The translations under genes were made by a program, and so were the position numbers. Positions 9,654 to 19,172 of a DNA stretch of 32,000 nucleotides are shown here, piece after piece. The notes beneath the pieces were generated by a model, which saw only the letters and a program-made list of their open reading frames with translations, ran no database searches and was not told the origin of the DNA. Source of the stretch: Planctopirus limnophila DSM 3776 (GTDB taxonomy: Bacteria > Planctomycetota > Planctomycetia > Planctomycetales > Planctomycetaceae). Position 1 is the first letter of the stretch; each line of letters opens with the position of its first letter. The stretch is taken from NCBI RefSeq assembly GCF_000092105.1, contig NC_014148.1, forward strand, positions 2,580,001-2,612,000. Reading direction: 5' to 3'.

Positions 9654-10712
9654 TCAGTGGTCTACCTCGCACATTTTCACCGCTGGGCTCAGCGATTTGA
9701 AAAGACACCGGGAGCTGCTGTGAGTATTGCCAGATGATTGAGTCCAGCGATCGAGGGGAGCAGTTGATCCTCCGAGGATGGACGCGATCTGGCGGGCATT
9801 TTCCAGCATCATGCCGACATAGGTATCTGCCGGGGAACCTGGCTCTCCCAAGGCATCTGTATAGAGCGGCCCAGCGAGAATAAGTTCATGACCTCGGGCC
9901 TTTACGCCTTCAACGACAGCCCTTAAACCACGATCATTCACGCTGGATTCTGTAAAAATTGCCGGTAGTTTACGGCTGGTGATGATATCGACGAGGCGAT
10001 CAATATCTGCCACGCCAGGTTCAGAATCTGTCGTCACTCCCTGAATCGATTCGACAGGGATGTGATAACGCCTGGAAAAATAGGCAAAGGCATCATGTGA
10101 GGTGACCAGCAATCGCTGAGGTTCCGGGATCGAGGCCACCATCTCCTCAACAGTTTTGTCAAGACGGGCCAGCACGTCGGAAAGTTGGGCTTCTCGCCTG
10201 GTAATTTCGTCCTGAGCCTGTGGAAAAACATCCTTTAAAGTTCGAGCAATCAGCCCCAGAGTTGCTCGCCACAGGCTCACATCCATCCACACATGGGGAT
10301 CTGGACGACCTGAGTGGTCATCGGGATAAATGATCAGATCTTTGGGAATGTCACTCGTAATGGCAATCGACGGGCGACCCGGTCGATCCGCTCGCTCAAA
10401 CAGGGCATCCATTCTCCCTTCAAGATGCAGCCCCGAACTGAAAATCAGACGTGCATTCAGCACCTTCAGTAAGTCGGCCCGTGTGGGTCGATACAGGTGG
10501 GGATCGACGCCGGGGCGAATCAATGTGATTACTTCCCCCAGGGAGGGCGGAACCAGTTCACGAACCAGATCACCCACCATTCCCGTAGAGGCCACAATAC
10601 TGGCAGGTCGACTTAATGGTGGACTGCTCAACCCTGTCGAACACCCCGACAGCACCGCCAGCCAGGGGAAAAATTCACGGCGGGAAAAAGTCGAAGAGAC
10701 AGACATAACCAT
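9654..10712 (-). CDS. metal (Mn/Fe/Zn) ABC transporter substrate-binding lipoprotein (TroA/YtgA/ZnuA family)
   Basis: The motifs VDPHLY, DPHVWMD and HDAFAYF are typical of cluster A-I metal-binding proteins. There is no His-rich loop. The N-terminus from the ATG at 10712 ([24 protein letters not shown]) has a signal peptide with an LSGC lipobox. The track start at 10766 adds an implausible leader. Confidence 0.85.
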   Translation of the reverse strand: MVMSVSSTFSRREFFPWLAVLSGCSTGLSSPPLSRPASIVASTGMVGDLVRELVPPSLGEVITLIRPGVDPHLYRPTRADLLKVLNARLIFSSGLHLEGRMDALFERADRPGRPSIAITSDIPKDLIIYPDDHSGRPDPHVWMDVSLWRATLGLIARTLKDVFPQAQDEITRREAQLSDVLARLDKTVEEMVASIPEPQRLLVTSHDAFAYFSRRYHIPVESIQGVTTDSEPGVADIDRLVDIITSRKLPAIFTESSVNDRGLRAVVEGVKARGHELILAGPLYTDALGEPGSPADTYVGMMLENARQIASILGGSTAPLDRWTQSSGNTHSSSRCLFKSLSPAVKMCEVDH

Positions 10713-10876
10713 TTCACAGCGTTTTTGATTACTCAAAACATTATTTTCAATATGCCTGCATGTCATCGAAACGTCAAGTCACATTTTCTGCATCATTGAC
10801 GTGCAAGAGCTTTCTGCTCCTAATCTTTGGGAAATCCGGAAGGGATGATCCCCAGACTCTGAAAGAGCTTGACTTT

Positions 10877-11797
10877 ATGATTCCTTACAACCCGCATCGC
10901 TGGACAAGCCATTTGTTCGATGTTCGCGGCTCTATGGTTCAGGAAATACTCGGGCGGGTGGCTGTTTGCGTGATCTGGTCCACAGTGGTCACCATGGCTC
11001 ACTACCGATTCCCCGATTGGTTTCGTGGCTTTGAGTTTCCGGCGACAGGGCATACTTTACTTGGTGTCGTCGTCGGTCTGCTGCTTGTCTTCCGCACCAA
11101 TTCTTCCTATGACCGCTTCTGGGAAGGACGGAAACTCTGGGGATCGCTGATTAACGAATCCCGAAATCTGGGCAGGCTTAATCAATCATTACTGCAATCG
11201 ACTCCAGAAATTCAGCAGCGTTTGAGCTTATGGACTTCCGCCTTTTCGTGGGCCACCATGTACCGCCTGAGAAATGAACGCAGCCTGGGCCCAATTGCTC
11301 AAGAACTGCCGCCAGATGATGTGCATGCTGCAATCAGTGCTCTCCACCCCCCGATGTTTGTTGCCAGCCAATTGACGAATCTCGTCAACGAGGCCCACAG
11401 AACAGGGCATATCGACAGTATTCAACAGGGGTTTTTCGATCAGAACATTATGCTGCTGGTGGATTACCTCGGGGGATGTGAGCGAATTCGCAACACCCCT
11501 GCGCCTTTTGCGTATACCGTTCACTTGAGGCGAGTTCTGATGGTGTATTGCTTTACTTTACCTCTGGCTCTCGTCAATGACTTTGGCTGGCAGACGATTG
11601 TGGCGACCCTCATCATCGCCTACACCATGTTCGGTATTGAAGAGATCGGGGTTGAAATTGAAGATCCGTTTGGCGTCGATTCCAACGACTTGCCACTCGA
11701 AGACTTCTGTCGCACAATCCAGTCAAATCTGGCTGAATTAACAAGTGTCCAACGCTCTGCCACTGAACCAGTTAATGGGCCGCTCATTCAAAATTGA
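10877..11797 (+). CDS. bestrophin-like (YneE/UPF0187) ion channel
   Basis: FRTNSSYDRFWEGRKLWGSLINESRNL is the family hallmark, and TM segments flank it. The start is moved to the ATG at 10877 (MIPYNPHRW...). The track start at 10760 would overlap the divergent transporter gene. Confidence 0.8.
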   Translation: MIPYNPHRWTSHLFDVRGSMVQEILGRVAVCVIWSTVVTMAHYRFPDWFRGFEFPATGHTLLGVVVGLLLVFRTNSSYDRFWEGRKLWGSLINESRNLGRLNQSLLQSTPEIQQRLSLWTSAFSWATMYRLRNERSLGPIAQELPPDDVHAAISALHPPMFVASQLTNLVNEAHRTGHIDSIQQGFFDQNIMLLVDYLGGCERIRNTPAPFAYTVHLRRVLMVYCFTLPLALVNDFGWQTIVATLIIAYTMFGIEEIGVEIEDPFGVDSNDLPLEDFCRTIQSNLAELTSVQRSATEPVNGPLIQN

Positions 11798-11939
11798 TTC
11801 ACAGAGATACGTCTCGCAGTTTTCATCGTCAGGCTCATTTCAAAACATTCACAGCCTGGCCGATTGGCGAACTCTCCTTCCGATTTATAATTTGTAGTTC
11901 GTCCATCTAAGCATTAAGTACGCTCGCCCGGAAAGGCTG

Positions 11940-12605
11940 TTGATCGTGACTCACCCTATTTCTCCCGAGCATCTTCACCAGGCTCTTCAATGGCGGTATG
12001 CGGTCAAAAAATTCGACAGCCACAAGAAAATCCCTGATCACACGTGGAAGGTTCTCGAAGAGTCTCTTGTTCTCACGCCTTCATCTTTTGGCCTGCAGCC
12101 CTGGCGCTTTTATGTGGTGACAGATATGACTGTCAAAAGTCAGTTTCCAGCCATCTCCTGGGGGCAGACTCAGGTTCGCGATGCCTCGCATGTCGTGGTG
12201 CTGACTGCAAAAAGCGAACTTACAACGGAAGATGTCGAACGATACATGCATTCCATCTCCACAACGCGGCAGGTTCCTCTCGAATCTCTTGCCGGTCTGA
12301 AAAATGTCATCATCAACTCACTTCAGAATCCTCCTGCGGGTATGACCGTACGCGAATGGAACATACGACAGGTCTACATTGCCCTGGGAAATCTGATGAC
12401 GGCCGCTGCGCTTCTCGGCATCGATACCTGCCCGATGGAAGGAATTATTCCTGCCAAATACGACGAGATTCTCGATTGTCGCAAAGATGGCTACGAGACT
12501 GTCGTTGTCTGCACGCTCGGCTATCGTGCTGAAGATGACAAATATGCCGCTGCCGCGAAGGTTCGATATCCCTCCGAACAACTGATCTTTCACGTCGAGC
12601 AGTAA
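11940..12605 (+). CDS. NAD(P)H nitroreductase-family oxidoreductase
   Basis: WRYAVKKFD and PSSFGLQPWRFYVV match nitroreductase-fold motifs. The length is 221 aa. The start codon is TTG at 11940, or GTG at 11946. Confidence 0.8.
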   Translation: MIVTHPISPEHLHQALQWRYAVKKFDSHKKIPDHTWKVLEESLVLTPSSFGLQPWRFYVVTDMTVKSQFPAISWGQTQVRDASHVVVLTAKSELTTEDVERYMHSISTTRQVPLESLAGLKNVIINSLQNPPAGMTVREWNIRQVYIALGNLMTAAALLGIDTCPMEGIIPAKYDEILDCRKDGYETVVVCTLGYRAEDDKYAAAAKVRYPSEQLIFHVEQ

Positions 12606-12653
12606 TTCAGCACAGGTCGCATCTGGATGACCAGAATTGAATCATCCCGCCAA

Positions 12654-13592
12654 TTAAACTTCAAATTGGCAAACCTCAAATTGTGCCGCCAATTGTTGTA
12701 ACGGTAAACATGGCGTTGCCCCTCGATGACTTGCGACGAGGCCACCCAAAGTATTGGCAAATCGAGCGATTTTTACGAGTGGCCAGTTCTGCAAATGCCC
12801 ATAGATCAAACCGGCGGAAGTCGCATCGCCAGCGCCGACGGTATCCACGACTTGAATGGATTGCCCGGGCACTTTGACCCACTCCTCACGAGTACAGAGA
12901 CTCAATCCCGCTTTGCCCTGCGTCACACACATCCACTGTAATTCAGGGAATTTTTCAAAGACCACGTCTGCAGAAGCTTTCTCGAATGTGGTCGATGGAA
13001 ATCCTTGAGGCGAACTTTCCAGCATTCCCATTAATACAGGCCATTCATCCTCATTCAGCTTCAAGGCTGACGTCAGTCGCAACGAGGCAATGATCGCCTC
13101 ACAGTCGATATGAGGTGCCCTGAGATTGATGTCAAACAGGCGGCAAGCTGCTGGTGATTTTTCACGGGAGATTTTCAGGCAGGACAAGATCGTCTGATGA
13201 GATCGCTTGCCGCGCTGCGCCAGCGATCCAAAACAGATCGAACGGGCCGAAGCGCAGGCTTCGAGCCAGAGTGGCGACTGCTCAAGACCATCCCAGGCAC
13301 AATCCGGAGTGAAGACATATTTCGCAGACCCGGTTTGATCGAGTTCCACAGTGACAAGGCTCGTCGGTCTGTGAGCATCTACCTGTATCAGATGAGTGGG
13401 CAGCCCAATTGATTTGACCTGCTGCAATAGGTCGCGACCGGCCGAGTCGCTCCCAATTCGTGTCGCCAGTGTTGCATTCAGTCCGAGTTGCCGGGCATGA
13501 AACACCACATTTCCCGGTGCTCCCCCCATCACCCGGCCTTCAGGCAAACAATCCCATAACAACTCACCCAGGCCAACGAGGTCAAAACTCAT
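12654..13592 (-). CDS. PfkB-family carbohydrate kinase (fructokinase/ketohexokinase-like)
   Basis: GGAPGNV near the N-terminus and DTVGAGDATSAGLIYG near the C-terminus are the two PfkB signatures. I chose the ATG at 13592 (MSFDLVGLGE...), which is preceded by AAAGGAG. The track ORF runs to 13673. Confidence 0.85.
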   Translation of the reverse strand: MSFDLVGLGELLWDCLPEGRVMGGAPGNVVFHARQLGLNATLATRIGSDSAGRDLLQQVKSIGLPTHLIQVDAHRPTSLVTVELDQTGSAKYVFTPDCAWDGLEQSPLWLEACASARSICFGSLAQRGKRSHQTILSCLKISREKSPAACRLFDINLRAPHIDCEAIIASLRLTSALKLNEDEWPVLMGMLESSPQGFPSTTFEKASADVVFEKFPELQWMCVTQGKAGLSLCTREEWVKVPGQSIQVVDTVGAGDATSAGLIYGHLQNWPLVKIARFANTLGGLVASHRGATPCLPLQQLAAQFEVCQFEV

Positions 13593-13743
13593 GGAGAAAC
13601 TCCTTTTCAAACCGAGCAGCACCACCTTGAAGTCGAGGTTGCGGTATCGATAGTATTCAGGCGGTATGCTCACGAATGGTGTTCGCCATTCTGCTCAATC
13701 ACTCACCAGTCATATCCCACTCGTCCTCACCCAAGGTTCTATC

Positions 13744-14871
13744 ATGGGTCTCTTTGACAAACTGCGCGCTGAACTGATCGACATCATCGAGTGGCTGGAT
13801 GATAACCGCACCACACTCGTCTGGCGATTTCCTCGTTATCAGAACGAAATCAAAAATGGCGCCCAACTGATTGTCAGGCCCGGCCAGATGGCCGTGTTTG
13901 TCTATCGCGGTCAAATCGCCGATGTTTTCGAACCCGGAAACTATCAGCTCAAATCTGAAAATCTCCCCATTCTCGGAACTCTTCTAGGCTGGAAGTACGG
14001 CTTCAACAGCCCCTTTCGTTCCGAAGTCTATTTCGTCAGCACCCGCCAGATCACCGATCTGAAATGGGGCACTCAGAACCCTGTGATGCTTCGCGATCCT
14101 GAGTTTGGTCCGATCCGTCTACGGGCGTTTGGAACTTATGCGCTCAAGGCCATCGATCCGAAGGCCCTGCTCAAAGAACTCGTCGGGACAGATGGTGAGG
14201 TCGAAGCCGATGAGATTGGCGAGTTGCTCCGTTCGATCATCGTCAACAGCATGTCCACCTTACTTGGTGAAAAGCAGATTGCCGCACTCGATCTGGCTGC
14301 AAACTATCGCGGGATGTCCGAAGAACTACGCAAAGCGGTTCAAGAGCAGATCGACGATGAATACGGGCTGTCGATCCCCAATTTGCAGATCGTCAATATC
14401 TCCTTCCCGGAAGCGGTCGAAAAGGCGCTCGATACCCGCAGCAGTATGGGTGTCATTGGAGATATGAACAAGTTCCAGCAGTACAAGTTCGGCGAAGCGA
14501 TGGGAGATGCTGCAAACAATCCGAATGGTGGAGCAGGGGACGGACTGGGCATGGGGATGGGCTTTGCCATGGCCAGTCGTTTTATGAATCAGCCGGGTTA
14601 TGTCGCACCCGGAGTTAGTGGCCCTGCTGCTGCAGCGAATGTGGGCAGCCCGCCACCATTGCCCGGTGCTGTGCAGTGGCACGTCGCGTTGAATGGACAA
14701 TCGCTGGGCCCTTACACACCCGCTCAGGTTCAACAGGCCATTCAGACAGGCCAGCTCTCGGCTGAGAGTCTTGTCTGGAGCACAGGTATGGATCAGTGGA
14801 AGCCAGCCGGCCAGACACCTCTGGCCAGCCTGTTCCAGAGTGGCCCGCCTCCACTCCCGCCCACTCCGTGA
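13744..14871 (+). CDS. SPFH/band-7-type protein (YdjI-like) with Gly/Ala/Pro-rich linker and C-terminal GYF_2 domain
   Basis: The N-terminus MGLFDKLRAELIDIIEW...IVRPGQMAVFV is typical of the YdjI / 'virion core protein-like' SPFH group. The C-terminus WHVALNGQSLGPYTPAQVQQAIQTGQLSAESLVWSTGMDQWKPAGQ fits the GYF_2 (DUF4339) pattern. Start taken as the ATG at 13744. Confidence 0.7.
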   Translation: MGLFDKLRAELIDIIEWLDDNRTTLVWRFPRYQNEIKNGAQLIVRPGQMAVFVYRGQIADVFEPGNYQLKSENLPILGTLLGWKYGFNSPFRSEVYFVSTRQITDLKWGTQNPVMLRDPEFGPIRLRAFGTYALKAIDPKALLKELVGTDGEVEADEIGELLRSIIVNSMSTLLGEKQIAALDLAANYRGMSEELRKAVQEQIDDEYGLSIPNLQIVNISFPEAVEKALDTRSSMGVIGDMNKFQQYKFGEAMGDAANNPNGGAGDGLGMGMGFAMASRFMNQPGYVAPGVSGPAAAANVGSPPPLPGAVQWHVALNGQSLGPYTPAQVQQAIQTGQLSAESLVWSTGMDQWKPAGQTPLASLFQSGPPPLPPTP

Positions 14872-15030
14872 TCGTCCCGTGCAGTTCCAGCTCTCGATGA
14901 ATGCGGGCAATATCCACTCATTTCCAGCGGCTGGCTGAAACCCAGTCGCTGGAATGCTCGATGTCGCCAAGCCTCACCCTCTGTGGAAGACTTTCAAGCA
15001 AAGCCACGCACTTAAGGTGCATCAAGCAGC

Positions 15031-16218
15031 ATGTCTGATCCAACGCCGATTACGACTTTCGAGCCCGAACCTGAACCCGAGCGACCAGCGGCTGGAGGCA
15101 GCTCACGAGTCATCAACGATGGTCAGGCTCGTGTCTTTCCTTGCAGTCAATGCGGGGCTGATCTCGAATTCCGGATTGGTATCCAGCAGCTTCAGTGCCC
15201 ATTTTGCAATCATGTGGAACAACTGGAGATCCCTGCCGATGCTGCCATCGTCGAGCAGGATCTCGACGCCATGCTTGAGCGATTGCAAGAGCAGCATGGA
15301 GATCTCGAATCCGCGGAAGGAGAGGTCAATAGTGCCACCGTCGGCGACCAGGAAGTTCATTGCGATGGTTGCGGCGCAAACGTCCTCTTCGTGGGCACTC
15401 TCACCAGCAGCCGCTGCCCTTACTGCGGCAGCCCAATTCAACGTAATGATGTCCATAAATCCGCAGCTCGCATTCCGGTCGATGGGGTGCTTCCCTTTTT
15501 TATCGTTCGCGAGAAAGCCGCCAGTTGTATCGAGCAGTGGGTTCAATCCCGCTGGTTCGCTCCTAACGATTTCAAGAAACTGGGAGCCAAAGGGAAATTC
15601 GAAGGCGTTTATCTCCCTTATTTCACATTCGATGCCATGACATTTAATCGTTATCAGGGCGAACGTGGCGATCGCTACACTGTCACTGTCGGAACTGGTA
15701 AAGATCGACGCACTGAAACCCGCACAAGATGGTCTTACGCTTCCGGTCAGTTCCAGCGATTCTTTGACGATGTGCTGATTCTCGCGATTCGTTCGCAGCG
15801 ACATGATCTTGCTCAGCATCTGGAACCCTGGCCTCTGGAAAAATGCGTCCCCTTTACCCCCGATGCCATGGCTGGAATTTTTGCGAGAACGTATGACATT
15901 CCGCTCGATCAATCGTTCGAACTGGGCCAGCAAAGAATGCGGCAAGCCTTAATGGCCGAAACCCGCCAAAGGATTGGTGGCGACGAGCAACGTGTCCATG
16001 ACCTGAAAACTCAGTTTACGGCACTCACGTTCAAACACCTTCTGTTGCCTGTCTGGTTGCTGGCCTACCGCTATCGCGACAAGACCTACCCCGTCATGGT
16101 GAATGCCGTCACAGGCGAAGTGAGTGGCGATCGCCCTTACAGTTGGATCAAGATTACTCTGGCCATCCTCGCTGCGGCAGCCGCGGCATTGACTCTGTTT
16201 GCATTGACACAAAAGTGA
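15031..16218 (+). CDS. double zinc-ribbon protein with C-terminal membrane anchor (YdjG-like)
   Basis: There are two CxxC...CxxC ribbons, CSQCGADLEF...CPFCNH and CDGCGANVLF...CPYCGS. A C-terminal TM helix follows (WIKITLAILAAAAAALTLFAL). Confidence 0.6.
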   Translation: MSDPTPITTFEPEPEPERPAAGGSSRVINDGQARVFPCSQCGADLEFRIGIQQLQCPFCNHVEQLEIPADAAIVEQDLDAMLERLQEQHGDLESAEGEVNSATVGDQEVHCDGCGANVLFVGTLTSSRCPYCGSPIQRNDVHKSAARIPVDGVLPFFIVREKAASCIEQWVQSRWFAPNDFKKLGAKGKFEGVYLPYFTFDAMTFNRYQGERGDRYTVTVGTGKDRRTETRTRWSYASGQFQRFFDDVLILAIRSQRHDLAQHLEPWPLEKCVPFTPDAMAGIFARTYDIPLDQSFELGQQRMRQALMAETRQRIGGDEQRVHDLKTQFTALTFKHLLLPVWLLAYRYRDKTYPVMVNAVTGEVSGDRPYSWIKITLAILAAAAAALTLFALTQK

Positions 16219-17489
16219 TGCAGACCTCTTCATCTGCAACGACCTCGCCAAGTAAAGGTATGGCGGCTGGGATCAATATTCCGGACCTATTGATCCGCTG
16301 GGTGTGCTGCTGGTGGCTCCTCATGATTCTCGCCACCTGGCCTTTGTGGTGGGGTGTTCACGAATTTCCTACGATCCCGTATGTGCCTCTCATCGAGAAG
16401 TTTTCGCCGTGGGTCGATCCTGTCGCAACCATGGTTTTATTCATCGGTCTGCTGGCAGGAGTTTTGTTTCCCAACCCAAAGACGTGGTGGTGCATTCCGG
16501 TCTTGTGCAGCACCTGCTGGCTGGTGCTGGCCAGTCAGCAACGACTGCAGCCCTGGGTCTGGCATAGCGGTTTGATCGTTTTGAGTTGGCTGCTCTTTTC
16601 GCCTCGAACCGCGAGCCGCTGGTGGCTCGTGATCCTCACGACAATTTATATCTGCTCGGGAATCTCGAAACTCGACCTGGCCTTTGCCCATGAACTGGGC
16701 CCCACGCTTCTGGGTGGGTTGCTGCAGTCACTGGGGCTGAGCGCGATCTCCCGGCTGTGGTCACCCATCACCTGGCATACACTCAGTCTGGCTCTCCCCG
16801 CTGGTGAACTGCTGGTAGGGATACTGGTTGCCATCCCTCGTACGCGCACCGTGGGACTGATCCTGGCGATGATCATGCATGGCCTGCTGATCTCAGCTCT
16901 CGGCCCGAGGGGATTGAACCACAGCGCGGGGGTGCTCCTGTGGAACATCAGTTGTGCGGGAATTGCTTTTGGTCTTCTGGTACAGCATCGCCAGCTTCGA
17001 AAATCAAAACGGCAGAGCGAGCCACTTTTGCCAAAGGTTGAGAGTCTACAGACTCCATCCAGGCCGCTCTTCTCTTTCCCAGAAAATGTTCGTCACTTGG
17101 TAATGGGAAGTCTCCTCTGGCTCCCCGCGCTATTGGTTCTGTTTGAGCTCGGTGCCCCGTGGACAGGCTGGGCGGTCTATTCGATGCGCAGTGATAAAGT
17201 TGCACTTTACCTCAACGAAGACGACCTGCAAAAACTCCCGCCGTCATTGCAAAAGTGGGTCGAGCCAGGACTCCCCGAAGGCCCCTGCGCCGATCTCGAT
17301 CATCTCCACCGGCTGGCTTTGAATCATTGGACTCTCACCGAACTCAAAGCTCCCATGCCACCACAAAAATCATTCTCGATGGCAGTGATAGAGCACTTGA
17401 TCGAGGTGTATGCGCTCGACAGCCCGCTAGTCGCCCTAGGACACCCCAGTTCACGTTGGTCGGCAGTACGAACCTGGAGTTGTCAATAA
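16218..17489 (+). CDS. polytopic Trp-rich membrane protein of unknown function
   Basis: Several hydrophobic segments and about 110 soluble C-terminal residues. The ATG at 16218 overlaps the upstream stop (TGATG at 16216-16220), suggesting translational coupling. I recognise no family motif. Confidence 0.55.
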   Translation: MQTSSSATTSPSKGMAAGINIPDLLIRWVCCWWLLMILATWPLWWGVHEFPTIPYVPLIEKFSPWVDPVATMVLFIGLLAGVLFPNPKTWWCIPVLCSTCWLVLASQQRLQPWVWHSGLIVLSWLLFSPRTASRWWLVILTTIYICSGISKLDLAFAHELGPTLLGGLLQSLGLSAISRLWSPITWHTLSLALPAGELLVGILVAIPRTRTVGLILAMIMHGLLISALGPRGLNHSAGVLLWNISCAGIAFGLLVQHRQLRKSKRQSEPLLPKVESLQTPSRPLFSFPENVRHLVMGSLLWLPALLVLFELGAPWTGWAVYSMRSDKVALYLNEDDLQKLPPSLQKWVEPGLPEGPCADLDHLHRLALNHWTLTELKAPMPPQKSFSMAVIEHLIEVYALDSPLVALGHPSSRWSAVRTWSCQ

Positions 17490-17507
17490 CTCGATCATGG
17501 ATCGACT

Positions 17508-19079
17508 TTAAGACCGCGTCCGCTCAATCGCTTTCTTCCAGCCGGCATACCACGTTTCGCGATGATCGACGCTGATGCGCGGTTCAAAGACTCGATCCAC
17601 ATGCCAGTGATGTGATAAATCGGCCAACTGTGGCCAGAAGCCCGAGGCCAGTCCCGCCAGATAAGCGGCTCCCAGTGCCGTTGTTTCGAGAATCTGCGGT
17701 CGTTGCACGGGAATCCCCAGAATATCGGCCTGCATCTGCATCAGCAGGTTATTCGCTGTTGCCCCGCCATCAACCCGCAATTCAGGAATCGATAATCCCG
17801 AATCACACGTCATGGATTCCACCACATCGCGCGTCTGCAATACGATCGACTCAAGAGCCGCCCGGCATACATGTTCCTTCGTGGCACCGCGAGTCAACCC
17901 ATAGATCGCTCCCCGGGCTTCAGCATCCCAATACGGGGCTCCCAGACCAACAAACGCCGGCACCAGATAGACGCCTCCATTGTCAGACACTCGACTCGCC
18001 AGTTGCTCGCTGTCACTCGCCTGCTGGATAATCTGCAAGCCATCTCGCAACCATTGAATGACCGCACCCGCCGCAAAGATCGCCCCTTCCAGCGCGAAGG
18101 TTGTCTGTCCCGACATTTTCCAACCGGCAGTGGCCAGCAGGCCATACTTCGAGGGCACAATGGAAGAGCCGGTATTCATCACCACAAAGCAACCAGTCCC
18201 GTAGGTGTTCTTGACCAGTCCAGGGGTAAAGCATTGCTGGCCGAAAGTAGCCGCCTGCTGGTCGCCCGCGATCCCTGTGATGGGTAACTCCTCGCCAAAC
18301 CATTTGCGATCCGTCATGCCGAACAGGCCGCTCGATGGCTTCACCTCCGGCAGCATGGCCTGGGGAACTCGAAAGATTTTCAACAACTCCTGATCCCATG
18401 CTCCCTCGTGCAGATTCCACAACAATGTCCGGCTGGCGTTGGTGACATCGGTCGCATGCACCTGACCTGCAGTCAGCCGCCACAGCAGAAACGAATCGAC
18501 TGTTCCAAAGCACAGATCCCCATTTTCTGCCCGTTGGCGCAGGGCAGGGGATTGATCCAGGATCCAAGAAATTTTAGTAGCCGAAAAGTAAGGATCGAGA
18601 ACCAGCCCTGTCTTTTCTCGAATGAGTGGCTCGTGGCCCAACGCCTTGAGCCGGGCACATTCTGGCGAGGTAATGCGGCTTTGCCACACGACAGCATTGG
18701 TGACTGGGACTCCGGTGTGCCGATCCCAGATGATGGTCGTTTCCCGTTGATTGGTCAGACCAATCGCAGAAATCTCTCTGGGAGCAGCACCCACGGCATC
18801 AATCGCCTTACGGGTGCTGCTCAACGTCGTCAGCCACAACTGGTTCGGATCCTGTTCGACGTGCCCGGGTGAAGGGAAGAGCGGCGTGACTTCCTCCTGC
18901 CCCCGCCCCGCCACTTTTCCGTCCCGATCAAACAGTATCGCCCGGCTCGAAGTCGTCCCCTGGTCGAGAGCGAGGATGAAATCTGCCTGCTTTCTTGCAG
19001 ATTTTTGCACGCCACTCAATTCACTTGTCTGACTTCTAACGGGAACATCCCGAGGAAAGGCGGAAGTATTTTCGTCCAT
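17508..19079 (-). CDS. glpK: glycerol kinase
   Basis: ILALDQGTTSSRAILFD, GLTNQRETTIIWD, GDQQAATFGQ and the FGGY C-terminal region are all present. About 35 extra N-terminal residues leave the true start uncertain. Confidence 0.9.
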   Translation of the reverse strand: MDENTSAFPRDVPVRSQTSELSGVQKSARKQADFILALDQGTTSSRAILFDRDGKVAGRGQEEVTPLFPSPGHVEQDPNQLWLTTLSSTRKAIDAVGAAPREISAIGLTNQRETTIIWDRHTGVPVTNAVVWQSRITSPECARLKALGHEPLIREKTGLVLDPYFSATKISWILDQSPALRQRAENGDLCFGTVDSFLLWRLTAGQVHATDVTNASRTLLWNLHEGAWDQELLKIFRVPQAMLPEVKPSSGLFGMTDRKWFGEELPITGIAGDQQAATFGQQCFTPGLVKNTYGTGCFVVMNTGSSIVPSKYGLLATAGWKMSGQTTFALEGAIFAAGAVIQWLRDGLQIIQQASDSEQLASRVSDNGGVYLVPAFVGLGAPYWDAEARGAIYGLTRGATKEHVCRAALESIVLQTRDVVESMTCDSGLSIPELRVDGGATANNLLMQMQADILGIPVQRPQILETTALGAAYLAGLASGFWPQLADLSHHWHVDRVFEPRISVDHRETWYAGWKKAIERTRS

Positions 19080-19172
19080 AGTTGATTCTCATGAGCCAGT
19101 GATTCAGGTGAGACATTTTCACAAGATTCGAATCAACAGTCATGACGCAAGCAACCACAAAGCGGTGACTTT

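Noticed and set aside
10760-13743. N-terminal extensions in the track for 10760..11797, 12654..13673 and 13666..14871 (similarly 9654..10766 and 8863..9708)
   Set aside because: The extended starts make divergent or adjacent genes overlap and add non-family leader sequence. Internal ATGs (10877, 13592, 13744, 10712, 9651) give family-typical N-termini, two of them with SD or stop-start coupling.
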